Shown here: positions 48,787-59,570 of the stretch, piece after piece | Layout: each line of letters begins with the position of its first letter | Numbering within the stretch: position 1 is the first letter of the stretch | NCBI GenBank assembly: GCA_036679065.1 | Contig: JAZIGN010000003.1 | Coordinates: 384,001-448,000 of the forward strand | Length of the DNA: 64,000 bases | DNA from: Coprothermobacterota bacterium | GTDB lineage: Bacteria; Coprothermobacterota; Coprothermobacteria; Coprothermobacterales; Coprothermobacteraceae | Reading direction: 5' to 3' | Program-made: the position numbers and the translations under genes | The notes under the pieces: model-generated | Database searches by the model: none | What the model saw: only the letters and a program-made list of their open reading frames with translations | What the model was told of the DNA's origin: nothing

Positions 48787-49686
48787 CTAACTTTCGGTTT
48801 CCGGTTCCAAATGGACGTAAACCCTATCCACATCCTGGACGTTGTGCAGAACTCTGTTAACAATTTCATCGTTTATACGGTGAGCTTCTGTCAAAGGCAA
48901 ATCACCTCTGACGTTCACATGCATTTCTACTACCAGGCGAGGTCCTACATATTCTGTTACCAGTTCATGTACTTTTAGTACCCCTGGAACTGCCATTGTT
49001 AACTGTAGTATTTGCTCCACGATTTCCGCGTCTGCTGATCCGCCAGTTACGTACTTAAGGTTCTCTGCTGCTAATCCTATGACCGCTTTGAAGATCCATG
49101 CTGAAACCAGCAAACCAGCTACGGGGTCGAGCAAGGGAGAAACGTAGTAAGAACCAAGAATTCCTATAAAGGCTGCTGATGAAGTCATGACATCAGTTAG
49201 GTTATCTTGTGCTGTGGCACGAAGTGCTGGGCTTTGCGTTTTGTTGGCAAGTTGAAGTATGGCGTAGTACATAAGTCCTTTTGTGAGGGCAGTTACTACC
49301 AGAACTAATGTGGGCCAACCTGGCTGGACCGCGACTCCTCCGGCTACCAACTTCGAAATTGAAGTGTATGCTGCCTGGTAGCCAGCAAAAGCCATGGAAA
49401 ATGTGACCACAAGCCCTACTAATGGTTCGAAGCGGCTATGACCCTGAGGATGAGACGGGTCTGGTGGTTTTTGCGAAATCAAAAGCCCGAACACCATGAG
49501 TAAGGAATAGACGACGTCCGATGCAGAGTTTGCAGTTTCAGCATACAAAGCGGCACTTCCTGTCAAGCTTGCTACTACCGCCTTTACGGCGACTAGCAGC
49601 AGGTTTCCAATTATAGTTATGTAGAAGGCTTTTACATACGATTTTCTAGTCTGCTCTGCAGGTTGATAATCTCGTACAGTTTTCAC
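48787..49686 (-). CDS. Cation diffusion facilitator (FieF-like)
   Basis: GSAAL, PPDPSHPQGHSRFE, DNLTD, AHRI, VYVHLEP. Confidence 0.87.
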   Translation of the reverse strand: MKTVRDYQPAEQTRKSYVKAFYITIIGNLLLVAVKAVVASLTGSAALYAETANSASDVVYSLLMVFGLLISQKPPDPSHPQGHSRFEPLVGLVVTFSMAFAGYQAAYTSISKLVAGGVAVQPGWPTLVLVVTALTKGLMYYAILQLANKTQSPALRATAQDNLTDVMTSSAAFIGILGSYYVSPLLDPVAGLLVSAWIFKAVIGLAAENLKYVTGGSADAEIVEQILQLTMAVPGVLKVHELVTEYVGPRLVVEMHVNVRGDLPLTEAHRINDEIVNRVLHNVQDVDRVYVHLEPETES

Positions 49687-49860
49687 AGTCGTCTTTCAAC
49701 TCCTAAAGGAATTCCAAGCGCTAAACAAATTAAGATTGTAACATATTTCTAGACAGCTTAGTAGCAATCATACTAAATGAAACTCTTTCAAATGTGTTTT
49801 ATGAAGACAGATCGTCAATTAGAATAATGATAATACTTAGCTACCTTGTGAGGTATGGGT

Positions 49861-50646
49861 ATGAAAATACTGGTAATGAGTGATGTACACGGCAATCTTG
49901 AAGCCTTGCGCGCGGTTCTTGATAAGGAGTCTGACGCAGACGAGGTCATCTTTTTAGGGGATTTCGTGGACTATGGGCCGTCTCCGAACGAGGTAATAGA
50001 TACTTTAAAGAATGTTACTTCCAAGGTTTTAATAGGAAATCACGATTATGCTGCAGTATACGGCGTCAGTTGTCAGTGTGGTCTGATGTTCTATGAATTA
50101 AGCGTGGAAACGCGCATGAATTACACAGTCAAAACACTGACTGAAGAGAACAAGCAGTACTTGAAAAGCCTTAGGGCAATGGAATCTTGGACAGTCGGCA
50201 AGTACAAACTTTTGGCTACTCATGCAGCACCCTCTGATCCACTTTACAAGTATTTGAGGGCTTGTGATAAAGGTAGCTTCGAAGGAGAGGCTGAAGCCAC
50301 TAGGAACGTAAATCCTAACAGCTTGGTCAACCTTTTCTCCACTAATGAGAAAAACGAGTACGATTTTGTTTTGGTAGGGCATAGCCATGAACAGTTTTTT
50401 GTTAACGTTGATGGACTGCTGTTTCTTAATCCAGGTTCGGTTGGACAACCTCGTGATTACATTCCCATGGCATCTTATGCGGTTATAGAAAATGGTTCCG
50501 TGTCTCTCAGACGTTTGGACTATGACAGGGTTTCCACTGCAGAAAAGATCGGCAGAATGCCTATAAGTGAGGAAAGCAAGCGGAAGCTAAAAACCGTGAT
50601 CTTAACAGGCGGTCCAGACTGGGACGTGCGAGAAGAGAGTTCTTGA
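49861..50646 (+). CDS. Metallophosphoesterase (calcineurin-like)
   Basis: SDVHGN, GDFVDYG, GNHD, GHSH, NPGSVGQPRD. Confidence 0.88.
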   Translation: MKILVMSDVHGNLEALRAVLDKESDADEVIFLGDFVDYGPSPNEVIDTLKNVTSKVLIGNHDYAAVYGVSCQCGLMFYELSVETRMNYTVKTLTEENKQYLKSLRAMESWTVGKYKLLATHAAPSDPLYKYLRACDKGSFEGEAEATRNVNPNSLVNLFSTNEKNEYDFVLVGHSHEQFFVNVDGLLFLNPGSVGQPRDYIPMASYAVIENGSVSLRRLDYDRVSTAEKIGRMPISEESKRKLKTVILTGGPDWDVREESS

Positions 50647-50649
50647 GTT

Positions 50650-51726
50650 ATGTCAAAACCTTTAAGAGAGCCTCTCTTCAAGACCACGTCTTTCGTTTTC
50701 CACTCCTTCCGAGAAATGCAGGCAGCACTTTACGGTGACTCGAAAGATTATTTCTACGTTCGAGATGGTCACCCTACCCTGGAGGCACTGGAGCAGGTTC
50801 TACTAAGCTATGAACCAGCAGATTTTGCGTGGGTTTTCTCTAGTGGCATGTCGGCCATAAGTACTGGACTTTTCGCTTTGCTAAGCCAAGGCGACCACGT
50901 GGTTGTCCAAAAGGAAATCTATGGCCCTACGCGCCTATTGTTCGAAGAGTATTTGCCGAGTTTTGGTGTTTCATGCACATTCACGGACGTTAATGATGTA
51001 GACGCTCTCGAGGAGTCAATCACTCCAGATACAGAACTTATTTACTTAGAAATGCCTGCACCCTTTACGCTTACCTGCCCTCCCTTGGAGCAGATTAAGG
51101 GCTTAGCAGATAAGTATCAGGTTAGCGTTATGGTAGACAACAGTGCTGGGTTTGGTTATGAGAAAATTACCCCATTTGCTGATCTGGTTGCTATTTCATT
51201 GAGTAAATACCCGGCAGGGGATAGTGGGATCCTTGGTGGCGCTCTCCTGGGCTGTGAAGGATGGAAAGAGCCTGTGGAAATGGCACGTAGCACTTTAGGG
51301 GGTATCATGATGCCTTGGGATGCCAACGCCCTCATCGGGGAAATGGAAAGTATGCGGCAACAGTTGGAGGTAATTGGGTCTAATGTTTACCAGCTACAAA
51401 GCATGCTTAGTGCACACCCAATGCTGAAAGAAGTTTACTACCCACGGGACATTAATGGGAAGTCCGTTAAAATGGGCGGGTTTGTCACCCTGGAACTAAA
51501 CATAAGTCTCTTGGATATAGCACGTTTCATCGATAACCTAAGTTTGTTCCAAAAAGGCGTATTCTGGGGCGGAAGTATCCCTGTGGTCACTCCTCTTTTG
51601 GCATCCTACAGGGTGGAAGTGCTTGAAAGCTGGGGACTTAACCCCGGTTTGATCCGTTTTTACGTGGGCGTGGAGTCCCCAGATCGCCTTTATGCTGATA
51701 TAGTTAGTGCTTTAGGATCTCTATGA
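50650..51726 (+). CDS. Divergent PLP-dependent trans-sulfuration family enzyme (Cys/Met metabolism)
   Basis: Y.R.GHPT, FSSGMSAI, YGPT, VDNS, SLSKY (PLP Lys), LIRFYVGVE. Confidence 0.75.
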   Translation: MSKPLREPLFKTTSFVFHSFREMQAALYGDSKDYFYVRDGHPTLEALEQVLLSYEPADFAWVFSSGMSAISTGLFALLSQGDHVVVQKEIYGPTRLLFEEYLPSFGVSCTFTDVNDVDALEESITPDTELIYLEMPAPFTLTCPPLEQIKGLADKYQVSVMVDNSAGFGYEKITPFADLVAISLSKYPAGDSGILGGALLGCEGWKEPVEMARSTLGGIMMPWDANALIGEMESMRQQLEVIGSNVYQLQSMLSAHPMLKEVYYPRDINGKSVKMGGFVTLELNISLLDIARFIDNLSLFQKGVFWGGSIPVVTPLLASYRVEVLESWGLNPGLIRFYVGVESPDRLYADIVSALGSL

Positions 51727-52311
51727 TGAAGTTTTTTGTTGTTGCTGCTTTGTTCCTGGTTTGACTAGAGGTATACCAGCTTTGCACAAAGGGCAGTTCT
51801 CTGGCTCATAGAGGGGTAGATCCAAGAATATAAGACTGTCATGTGGAACGGGCAGGGCTATTTCTCTCTGACGCTGAACTACGGCTAGTGCATAGTCAAC
51901 GAGGCCACCCATGTTTTCTACCAAGTTTATGAGCTCCAAAGTAGAACCGCCCGTGGTGAATACATCTTCTACTGTGAGGTAATGCCCGTTTTGTTGTATT
52001 TCAAACCCTCTTCTGAAGGTGAGCTTTCCGTCTTCCCTCTCGGCAAAGAGGAATGGTTTATCTAGCTGCCTTGCTACTTCGTAGCCAATGATTACTGCAC
52101 CTAGCGCAGGCGAGACTACGCCTGCAATGTTCTTTATGTCGCACTGCTCTTGCGCTTTACCAATAAGTTCTTTGGCTATGAACGCCGTGTCTTTAGGATA
52201 AACAAAAGCCCTTTGACACTGTACATAAATGTCAGAATGTTTGCCACTGGCAAGTAAAAAGTGCCCATGTAAAATAGCTCCACGTTTCTCAAGAATTTCC
52301 AAGACTGTCAT
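51721..52311 (-). CDS. pyrE: Orotate phosphoribosyltransferase
   Basis: GHFLLASGKHS, VEDVFTTGGS, CPLC; ATGA-coupled to pyrF. Confidence 0.92.
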   Translation of the reverse strand: MTVLEILEKRGAILHGHFLLASGKHSDIYVQCQRAFVYPKDTAFIAKELIGKAQEQCDIKNIAGVVSPALGAVIIGYEVARQLDKPFLFAEREDGKLTFRRGFEIQQNGHYLTVEDVFTTGGSTLELINLVENMGGLVDYALAVVQRQREIALPVPHDSLIFLDLPLYEPENCPLCKAGIPLVKPGTKQQQQKTSS

Positions 52312-53015
52312 GGGAGTTGTTCCCACCTTTCTTGCAGAGTTCTTATAGCCTCTTGCGGATTTTGGGCTTCGGTTAAGGCCCTACCAATAATGATGAAATC
52401 AGATACTTTTACAGCTTCTTGCAAAGTGCCGGTACGTTTCTGGTCATGAGGTGAAAGCTGGTCAAAGCGTATACCTGGCGTGACTGTGAGAAATTCTTCG
52501 CCTAGTTTTTGTTTTATCCGTGGAGCCTCTTTTGTGGAACAAACAACACCGTCTAAGCCTGCGTTTTTAACAATGTGAGCCAAGGTCATTACAGTTTGCT
52601 CTATATTGGTAAGTCCAAGCATTTGCAGATCTTCTTCAGACAAGCTAGTGAGCAGGGTAACACCAATAGCTTTAATGGGTTTTTTGTAAAGATCGGCCAT
52701 CTCCATTAAGGCTTCTTTGAAAGCTGACAAAGTATCTCTACCGCTAAGTGCATGAACGTTTATCATGTCGATGGGATAGCGAGATAGTAGGGCTTTTGTG
52801 GCCTTGTAAACGGTATTGGGAATATCTGAGAGCTTCAGATCCAGAAAAATGTGTTTGCCGCGCTCAAACAGTTTAGCGATGGTGTAGTCACCCTGAGCGT
52901 AGAAGGCCTCCATGCCGACTTTGTACCAGTCGAAAAAGTGCTGTGTTTGCTCTATCCAGTAGTCAATGCACTCTCTTTTTTGAAAATCCAATGCCAGTAC
53001 CAAATTGGGTTTCAT
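52308..53015 (-). CDS. pyrF: Orotidine-5'-phosphate decarboxylase
   Basis: LALD, KVG, FLDLKLSDIPNT, VTPGIR, DQKR, IGR. Confidence 0.93.
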   Translation of the reverse strand: MKPNLVLALDFQKRECIDYWIEQTQHFFDWYKVGMEAFYAQGDYTIAKLFERGKHIFLDLKLSDIPNTVYKATKALLSRYPIDMINVHALSGRDTLSAFKEALMEMADLYKKPIKAIGVTLLTSLSEEDLQMLGLTNIEQTVMTLAHIVKNAGLDGVVCSTKEAPRIKQKLGEEFLTVTPGIRFDQLSPHDQKRTGTLQEAVKVSDFIIIGRALTEAQNPQEAIRTLQERWEQLP

Positions 53016-53021
53016 ATGCTG

Positions 53022-53846
53022 TTACACCTCCTTAAGAAGCGTTTCTATGAAAGCAGGATTCCACAGATTTCCCGTACCAATCTCAAGTGCTCTGGCACCT
53101 GCCATTATGAACTTCTTTGCGATATCGGTAGTAGCAATGCCTCCTGAAGCAACTAGGGTGTGTGCCTTTGAGTATTTGTAAATGCTATTGAGGACGATGG
53201 GGTATATGGCAGGGCCACTTAGTCCACCGCTTACTGCGCCCAGAACGGGTTTGCCTGAGCGGGGGTCGATGTCCATGGCGGGAAATGTATTAAAGAGCAC
53301 AAACGCTTCTACCTTGCTTTCCCAGTGCTGCAGAATCTTATCTAACTGTTCTGTGAAGGGTGATAGTTTGACTAAAAGCGGCTTTGTTGTGCTTTTCAAG
53401 GATGCTTCCAGTATGTTGGATACGGTAACGTAATCCTTGCCGACCACTTCTCCTCCCGTTTTCACGTTTGGACAAGAAAGGTTGAGCTCAAACGCGTCAA
53501 TAAGGTCATAGGTGTTCAGTTCCTCAACTATGGTGGCAAAGTCTTCGGGTGATTCACCACCCACGGACACAATCAGGGTAGTGGGCTTCTTGAAATCTGT
53601 GAGAAACTGTTTAAAGGCTTCCAAACCCATGTTCTGCAAGCCTATGCTATTAACGAGACCAGCTGGCGTTTCCACCAATCGCGGAGGCCTGTTTCCTTGA
53701 CGCGGCAGCAGGGTTATGGTTTTGGTCACTGCAGCACCAAACTTGTCTAGCGGTATGAGATCGGCGTCCGCGTAGCCGCACGTTCCTGAGCTCGCTATGA
53801 AAGGATTTTTCAAGGTAAGCTTCTTTAAACTCACAGCTCCTGCCAT
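53022..53846 (-). CDS. pyrD: Dihydroorotate dehydrogenase, family 1B catalytic subunit
   Basis: ASSGT, KT, NSIGLQN, ELNLSCPN, VKLSP, GGLSGPAI. Confidence 0.92.
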   Translation of the reverse strand: MAGAVSLKKLTLKNPFIASSGTCGYADADLIPLDKFGAAVTKTITLLPRQGNRPPRLVETPAGLVNSIGLQNMGLEAFKQFLTDFKKPTTLIVSVGGESPEDFATIVEELNTYDLIDAFELNLSCPNVKTGGEVVGKDYVTVSNILEASLKSTTKPLLVKLSPFTEQLDKILQHWESKVEAFVLFNTFPAMDIDPRSGKPVLGAVSGGLSGPAIYPIVLNSIYKYSKAHTLVASGGIATTDIAKKFIMAGARALEIGTGNLWNPAFIETLLKEV

Positions 53847-54514
53847 AACAGTTCACCTGCCTCGAAGACGGGTCCTTCTTTACAAACCCTTTGGTATCCA
53901 GATGTGGTGGGAATTACGCAGCCGTAACAAGCTCCGAAACCACACGACATGCGTTCTTCCAAGGAAACAAAGCCATTTGTGCCCCATTTACTGTGTAGCC
54001 CTTTAAGCATGGGCTTTGGGCCACAAGCACAATAGAACTGTGCTTCTTTGGGTAGAAGATCTGTGACTAGAGTGGGTTCCACCGAGACCTTATTTGGTTT
54101 TACTGGTAAGTAATCTAGCAAGGTTAGATTTTCTGCCTTGCTTTCACCGTGCAACCACGTAAAGGGCAAGTTTTGCTCTGTAAGCTTCTCTGCGAGGAAG
54201 CATATGGGTGCTATGCCGGCGCCCCCACTTATGAGAAAAGTATTGGTTACCACGGCAGGGAAAGGCTTTCCGTAAGGGCCCTCAACCCTGACTTCATCAG
54301 GAATACTACTAGTGAAGGGCCCAACTTTCTTTATGATGAAGAAGAGGCGGTTTTCCTTAAGAAATGCTACAGAGAAGGGTTTTTTCACATATTCTTTGTA
54401 GAACATGTAAAACTGCCCCGGTTGCGGAAGGTTTTCTTCTGCAACCGGCCCGAAAAAAACAACTACATAATGCCCCAGATCGGTTTTTTCCAACTTAAAG
54501 GTTTCATTGAGCAT
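53831..54514 (-). CDS. pyrK: Dihydroorotate dehydrogenase electron-transfer subunit
   Basis: PGQF, GPYG, GGAGIAP, CGP, MSCGFGACYGC...VCKEGPVF. Confidence 0.9.
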   Translation of the reverse strand: MLNETFKLEKTDLGHYVVVFFGPVAEENLPQPGQFYMFYKEYVKKPFSVAFLKENRLFFIIKKVGPFTSSIPDEVRVEGPYGKPFPAVVTNTFLISGGAGIAPICFLAEKLTEQNLPFTWLHGESKAENLTLLDYLPVKPNKVSVEPTLVTDLLPKEAQFYCACGPKPMLKGLHSKWGTNGFVSLEERMSCGFGACYGCVIPTTSGYQRVCKEGPVFEAGELLWQEL

Positions 54515-55742
54515 GTTTGTACACCATCGTGCCGTCTAGCATCAAGCCCATGATCTTTGCAGAGGAATCTTTTCCCACATAGGGATTATTCTTTGCCCCC
54601 ATGCGGCTGGTTATGACATGAGGCTCGTTTTCTTTTATGAAGACTAAATTGGCATTATTGCCCACCGCTATGCCATGCTTCATACCAAGAATCTGAGCTG
54701 GTCTTGTACTCAAGGCACTGAGCAGTATTTCCAGGGGCACAAGATTTGTTTTTACTAATCCTTCATAAAGAGCTTCAAAGGCTGTGTCAATGCTGGCGAT
54801 ACCATAAGGCGCATCTTCCCATTCTTGGTCTTTTTCGGGTTCGGAGTGAGGGGCGTGGTCTGTGGCAATGGCTGCTATTTCAGCACTTCTTAATGCATGA
54901 ATGAGTGCTTTCCTGTCTCTGTCATCGCCGAAAGGTGGGTTGGCTTTTAGCTTGGTTTCATATTCGAGGTAAGCGGTGTCGTCGAATAGCAGATGGTGTG
55001 GTGTAACATCAGCTGTAATATGGCTGCCCAGGTGCTTAAGAAAACTTATGGTATCTAGTCCCATAACGGTTGACAAGTGTGTTATGTGTAGTTTTGCTCC
55101 CACCGTCAGGTTTAGTGTACCGTCTCTGTAGACTGCGTGCGCTTCAGCTGCTTTGGGAAATCCTTTTAATCCTGTTTGAAAGCTTACTTGACCTTCGTAA
55201 ATGCGTCCCGACTTGAAAAGTACCGTGTCTTGAGCATGGTCTATGACCAAAAGATCGTGCCTTTTAGCGTACTTAAGTGCTTGATAGAAGATAAAGCTAT
55301 TTTCGGTCCAATTTCCGTCGTCACTGATGGCAATTGCACCAGCTTCTGCCATGTTTTCTATTTCTGCAAGTAAGCCATCGCAGGTTATGGCACCTGTGAC
55401 CATGATGGAGAAACCTTCCGGTTTTTTTAGCTCTTTTATGTATTCAACCATGGGAGCGGTGTTTACGGGTGGAACAGTGTTCGGCATCACATTTATGGCG
55501 CAGTAACCACCTCTAATTGCTTTCTCTACGGTAATTTGCGGGTCTTCTTTGTACTCCTGCCCTATTCTTAGGTGGGTATGCAGATCCACAAATGCTGGAG
55601 AAACAATCATCCCGTTGCAATCATGCACTTCATCGTCACCTACAAGATTTACTCCGATCTCAGCAATTGTGCCGTTTTCTATTCTTAGGTCCATTTTTTG
55701 AAATTCGTCGTCCACAAAAGCAGTGCAGTTTTTAATGATCAT
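54504..55742 (-). CDS. pyrC: Dihydroorotase
   Basis: DLHTHLR, MPNT, SDDG, VTPHHL, NPP, ATDHAPH. Confidence 0.92.
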   Translation of the reverse strand: MIIKNCTAFVDDEFQKMDLRIENGTIAEIGVNLVGDDEVHDCNGMIVSPAFVDLHTHLRIGQEYKEDPQITVEKAIRGGYCAINVMPNTVPPVNTAPMVEYIKELKKPEGFSIMVTGAITCDGLLAEIENMAEAGAIAISDDGNWTENSFIFYQALKYAKRHDLLVIDHAQDTVLFKSGRIYEGQVSFQTGLKGFPKAAEAHAVYRDGTLNLTVGAKLHITHLSTVMGLDTISFLKHLGSHITADVTPHHLLFDDTAYLEYETKLKANPPFGDDRDRKALIHALRSAEIAAIATDHAPHSEPEKDQEWEDAPYGIASIDTAFEALYEGLVKTNLVPLEILLSALSTRPAQILGMKHGIAVGNNANLVFIKENEPHVITSRMGAKNNPYVGKDSSAKIMGLMLDGTMVYKHAQ

Positions 55743-56650
55743 TCCTCCCTACCTCCCATCAGCGTATAGTAAATTGCCATTCTTACGGCAACACCGTTGG
55801 ACACTTGTTCTTGTATGGCACTCTTGTCGCAGTAAGCTACTTCTTCATCGATTTCCACCCCTCTATTCATGGGCCCTGGGTGGAGTACAAGTAGGTCTTC
55901 TTTTGCTTTTGTCATTCTCTCTTTGGTAAGGCCGTAGAACCGATGGTATTCCTGGAGAGACGTTATGAGCCCAGCTTCCTGACGTTCCAGCTGCAGCCTA
56001 AGCACGTTAACAACATCTGCTTTCTTGATCGCCTTGTCCAAATCGTATTCTACCTGGGCATAGTTCTTAACTTCCTCTGGAATCAGAGTAGGGGGGCCTG
56101 AAACAATGATCTCTGCTCCTAACTTACTCAAGCCATAGATATTGGATTTTGCTACTCTGCTGTGCATGATATCCCCCACTATGAGTACTTTTAAGCCTTC
56201 TATGCGTCCTTTGTATTGCTGAATGGTGAACAAATCCAAAAGTGCTTGGCTGGGATGTTCATGCTGCCCATCACCTGCGTTAATAATAGAAGCCTTTGAA
56301 AAGCTGGACAAGTAAGCTGGCACACCGTTCCTACTATGCCTTATGACGATGGCTTCAATGCCCATAGCCTCCAACGTGAGCACAGTGTCTTTAAGGCTTT
56401 CTCCCTTTTTAACGGAACTGGTAGCCACACTGACGCTGACTACGTCAGCACTTAAAAGCTTTGCTGCCAGTTCAAAGGAGTTCTTGGTTCTGGTGGAAGG
56501 CTCATAGAACAAAGTGCCAATTATTTTTCCTCGAAGAGTGGGGACCTTTTTAACTTCTCTTAGAATAATGTCTTTCATGGGAGCTGCCAGATGCAGTATG
56601 GACAAAATCTCGTCGCGGGAAAGCTTTTCTAACCCTAAAAGATGTTTCAT
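55739..56650 (-). CDS. pyrB: Aspartate carbamoyltransferase catalytic subunit
   Basis: [30 protein letters not shown]. Confidence 0.95.
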   Translation of the reverse strand: MKHLLGLEKLSRDEILSILHLAAPMKDIILREVKKVPTLRGKIIGTLFYEPSTRTKNSFELAAKLLSADVVSVSVATSSVKKGESLKDTVLTLEAMGIEAIVIRHSRNGVPAYLSSFSKASIINAGDGQHEHPSQALLDLFTIQQYKGRIEGLKVLIVGDIMHSRVAKSNIYGLSKLGAEIIVSGPPTLIPEEVKNYAQVEYDLDKAIKKADVVNVLRLQLERQEAGLITSLQEYHRFYGLTKERMTKAKEDLLVLHPGPMNRGVEIDEEVAYCDKSAIQEQVSNGVAVRMAIYYTLMGGREE

Positions 56651-56671
56651 ATTTGTTGCACCCCTTTCTTT

Positions 56672-56720
56672 GGCACCCTTTTCAGCCTCACGGGACTGAC
56701 TTTAAAGGGACATGGGTGCC
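56672..56720 (-). promoter_or_regulatory. PyrR-binding RNA loop in the pyrR-pyrB intercistronic region
   Basis: - strand CCTTTAAAGTCAGTCCCGTGAGGCTGAAAAGG fits CUUUAA...ARUCCNGNGAGGYU; flanking GGCACCC/GGGTGCC stem. Confidence 0.85.
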
Positions 56721-56740
56721 CAATGTTGTTGTTCTGCTTG

Positions 56741-57385
<645 letters not shown>

Positions 57386-57512
57386 CTTTGCTAGGACAAT
57401 TATAGCATAAGGCATTTGATCATTAAGGGATTTGGTGAGAAGAGAACATATTATGCACCAGCCGGTGTAGAAAACCATACAAAAGTTTGTTAAATGCACT
57501 TAACATTGTATG

Positions 57513-57541
57513 TTGTCATAAGGCATAAATTTTGGCATAAT
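57513..57541 (+). promoter_or_regulatory. Sigma70-type promoter not followed by a protein gene
   Basis: TTGTCA, 17 nt, CATAAT with TG at the extended -10 position. Confidence 0.55.
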
Positions 57542-57546
57542 ACATA

Positions 57547-57654
57547 TCGAAAAGAACACCTTACACCTCCCTATCCACCCTTCGGGGCTAACCCCAAGCC
57601 CTCGAAGCTTGAGAAAGGTAAGGGCCCTGTGAAAGCAGGGCCCTTTTGTTTTTT
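57547..57654 (+). ncRNA. Candidate small regulatory RNA (~105 nt)
   Basis: Bounded by a promoter and a strong terminator; CACCTCCC anti-SD motif, CCC-UUCG-GGG tetraloop, CAAGC/GCTTG hairpin. Confidence 0.45.
57620..57654 (+). terminator. Rho-independent terminator (U-tract on + strand; may also serve ptb)
   Basis: AAGGGCCCTG-TGAAAG-CAGGGCCCTT then TTGTTTTTT. Confidence 0.8.
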
Positions 57655-57681
57655 ACTTACAAGAACTTATTTTATTAGACT

Positions 57682-58593
57682 TTACTGGCTCTGGAAATTT
57701 GCTACTTGAACAGCCAAAGCAATGGAATACAGTTTGCTTTCGGCTGTGTCTGCACGGCTAGTTAAAACTACGGGCGCCTTGGCTCCCACCACAATGCCTG
57801 CCATGCTGGCTCCCGCGGCATAAGTAAATGATTTATAGAGGATATTGCCCGCTTCAATATCAGGTACCAGTAAAATGTCGGCAGCACCAGCTACTGGTGA
57901 TTTGATACCTTTATGTTCGGCTGCTTCCTTTGAAATGGCGTTATCAAAAGCCAAAGGACCATCTACGATGCAATTCTTTATCTGGCCTCTTTCACTCATT
58001 TTTGCCAAAATAGCGGCTTCCACACTGGAAACCATGTCTGGATTGACCGTCTCTACTGCTGACAAAGCTGCTACTTTTGGCATCTCAATTCCCAATGCAC
58101 GAGCTACCACGACAGCATTCTCTATGATGGACACTTTTTGCTGGAGATCTGGTGCAATGATCATAGCTGCATCAGTTAAGATGATAAATCTATCAAATGC
58201 AGGAACTTGAAATACTCCCACGTGGCTAAGCAAACTCTTGTCTTTTCTCAACCCAATTTCCTTGTCTAAAATGGCTCTGAGGTAGTCAGCTGTGTGAATT
58301 AAGCCCTTCATTACAACCTGCGCTTTTCCGCTGCTCACCAGTGATACAGCTGCTCTGGGTGCGTTCTCAAGCTCGGGTTCATCGATGATCTCAACCTTAT
58401 TCATGTCCACATTTAGCTGCTGACATTTCTCCTGAATTTCTTTGGCATCGCCTACCAAATAAAACTGGGCAATGCCCTTTTCTGTTGCCATTTTTACTGT
58501 TTCAATGACTTCCATGTCGTTGGCTTGGGCCACTGCGACTTTCACGGGGTTTGCCTTCTTTACGGACTCCAATAGCTCGTCGAAATTCTTCAA
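57682..58593 (-). CDS. ptb: Phosphate butyryltransferase (PTA/PTB family)
   Basis: VAVAQAND, MKG, LLSHV, TDAA...PD, DGPLAFDNAIS, PDIEAGN, LTSRAD; TTG start after AGGAGGTG. Confidence 0.88.
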   Translation of the reverse strand: MKNFDELLESVKKANPVKVAVAQANDMEVIETVKMATEKGIAQFYLVGDAKEIQEKCQQLNVDMNKVEIIDEPELENAPRAAVSLVSSGKAQVVMKGLIHTADYLRAILDKEIGLRKDKSLLSHVGVFQVPAFDRFIILTDAAMIIAPDLQQKVSIIENAVVVARALGIEMPKVAALSAVETVNPDMVSSVEAAILAKMSERGQIKNCIVDGPLAFDNAISKEAAEHKGIKSPVAGAADILLVPDIEAGNILYKSFTYAAGASMAGIVVGAKAPVVLTSRADTAESKLYSIALAVQVANFQSQ

Positions 58594-58769
58594 CGGGCTC
58601 ACCTCCTAAGTGTGTGTTTTTAGGTTTTCCTATTGCGATGTAACGTACACTTTCTTCTTTCATTATTATAAGCCTTGATTGAGCTGTACTTCTCTGACAG
58701 AAAGCGTGGCATTATACTGATAAGTACGAAGTGCGCAGGCAAGGGCATTTATAAAAGGGAGGTGCACCT

Positions 58770-59543
58770 GTGAAAGTCGGATATGTGCAGTTTAGACCAA
58801 AGTTTGGTGATAAAGAATATAACGTTTCTAAAATGATCGATATGGCTTCAACGTTGGATGCCGAAGTTATCGTGTTTCCAGAGCTTGCAAATACTGGTTA
58901 TGTGTTCAAAAGCAAGGAAGAGATAGTCACTTTAGCCGAACCTTATGACGGTCCTTCAATTAAGAGAATGCAGGAGTTTTCCAAGAGAAAGGGAGCGCTA
59001 CTAGCTTTTGGTTTTGCTGAGCGCTTTGGAGATGTTTTTTACAATTCTGCAGCTGTGGTCACTCCTGAAGGTGAGGTAAAGATCTATCGGAAGGTGCACT
59101 TATTTAATGAAGAAAAGCTTTATTTCAATAGGGGCGATAAGTTCTTCACTTTTACTTGGCACGACACGGTATTTGGGGTCATGATCTGCTTCGACTGGAT
59201 TTTTCCTGAAGCTATGCGTAGCTTGGCTCTCATGGGAGCCCAGATTGTGCTTCATCCAGCTAATCTTGTTTTGCCTTATTGCCAGGATGCCATGGTTACT
59301 CGGTGTATCGAGAATAGGGTGTTCGAGATAACAGCCAACAGAATAGGTGTAGAGCGAGGCCTCAAGTTTACAGGGGCTAGTCAAATTACTGCGCCTGGAG
59401 GTATAGTTCTACACAGAGCTACGAAAACTAAGGAGGAAGCACTGGCGGTTGACATTGATCCTGGATTGGCTTTGCAGAAAAGTATAAACAGTTACAACGA
59501 CCTTTTCAAGGATAGGCTTCCTAGTGCTTATGAGCTTTCGTAG
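58770..59543 (+). CDS. Carbon-nitrogen hydrolase (nitrilase family)
   Basis: FPELANTGY, YRKVHL, ICFDWIFPE, HPANL, ANRIG. Confidence 0.88.
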   Translation: MKVGYVQFRPKFGDKEYNVSKMIDMASTLDAEVIVFPELANTGYVFKSKEEIVTLAEPYDGPSIKRMQEFSKRKGALLAFGFAERFGDVFYNSAAVVTPEGEVKIYRKVHLFNEEKLYFNRGDKFFTFTWHDTVFGVMICFDWIFPEAMRSLALMGAQIVLHPANLVLPYCQDAMVTRCIENRVFEITANRIGVERGLKFTGASQITAPGGIVLHRATKTKEEALAVDIDPGLALQKSINSYNDLFKDRLPSAYELS

Positions 59544-59570
59544 TTTATTAGAGTACTTTATTAGAGTACT

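Noticed and set aside
57494..57709. 71-aa + strand ORF
   Set aside because: Runs through a promoter and a strong terminator and has no RBS; better explained as non-coding
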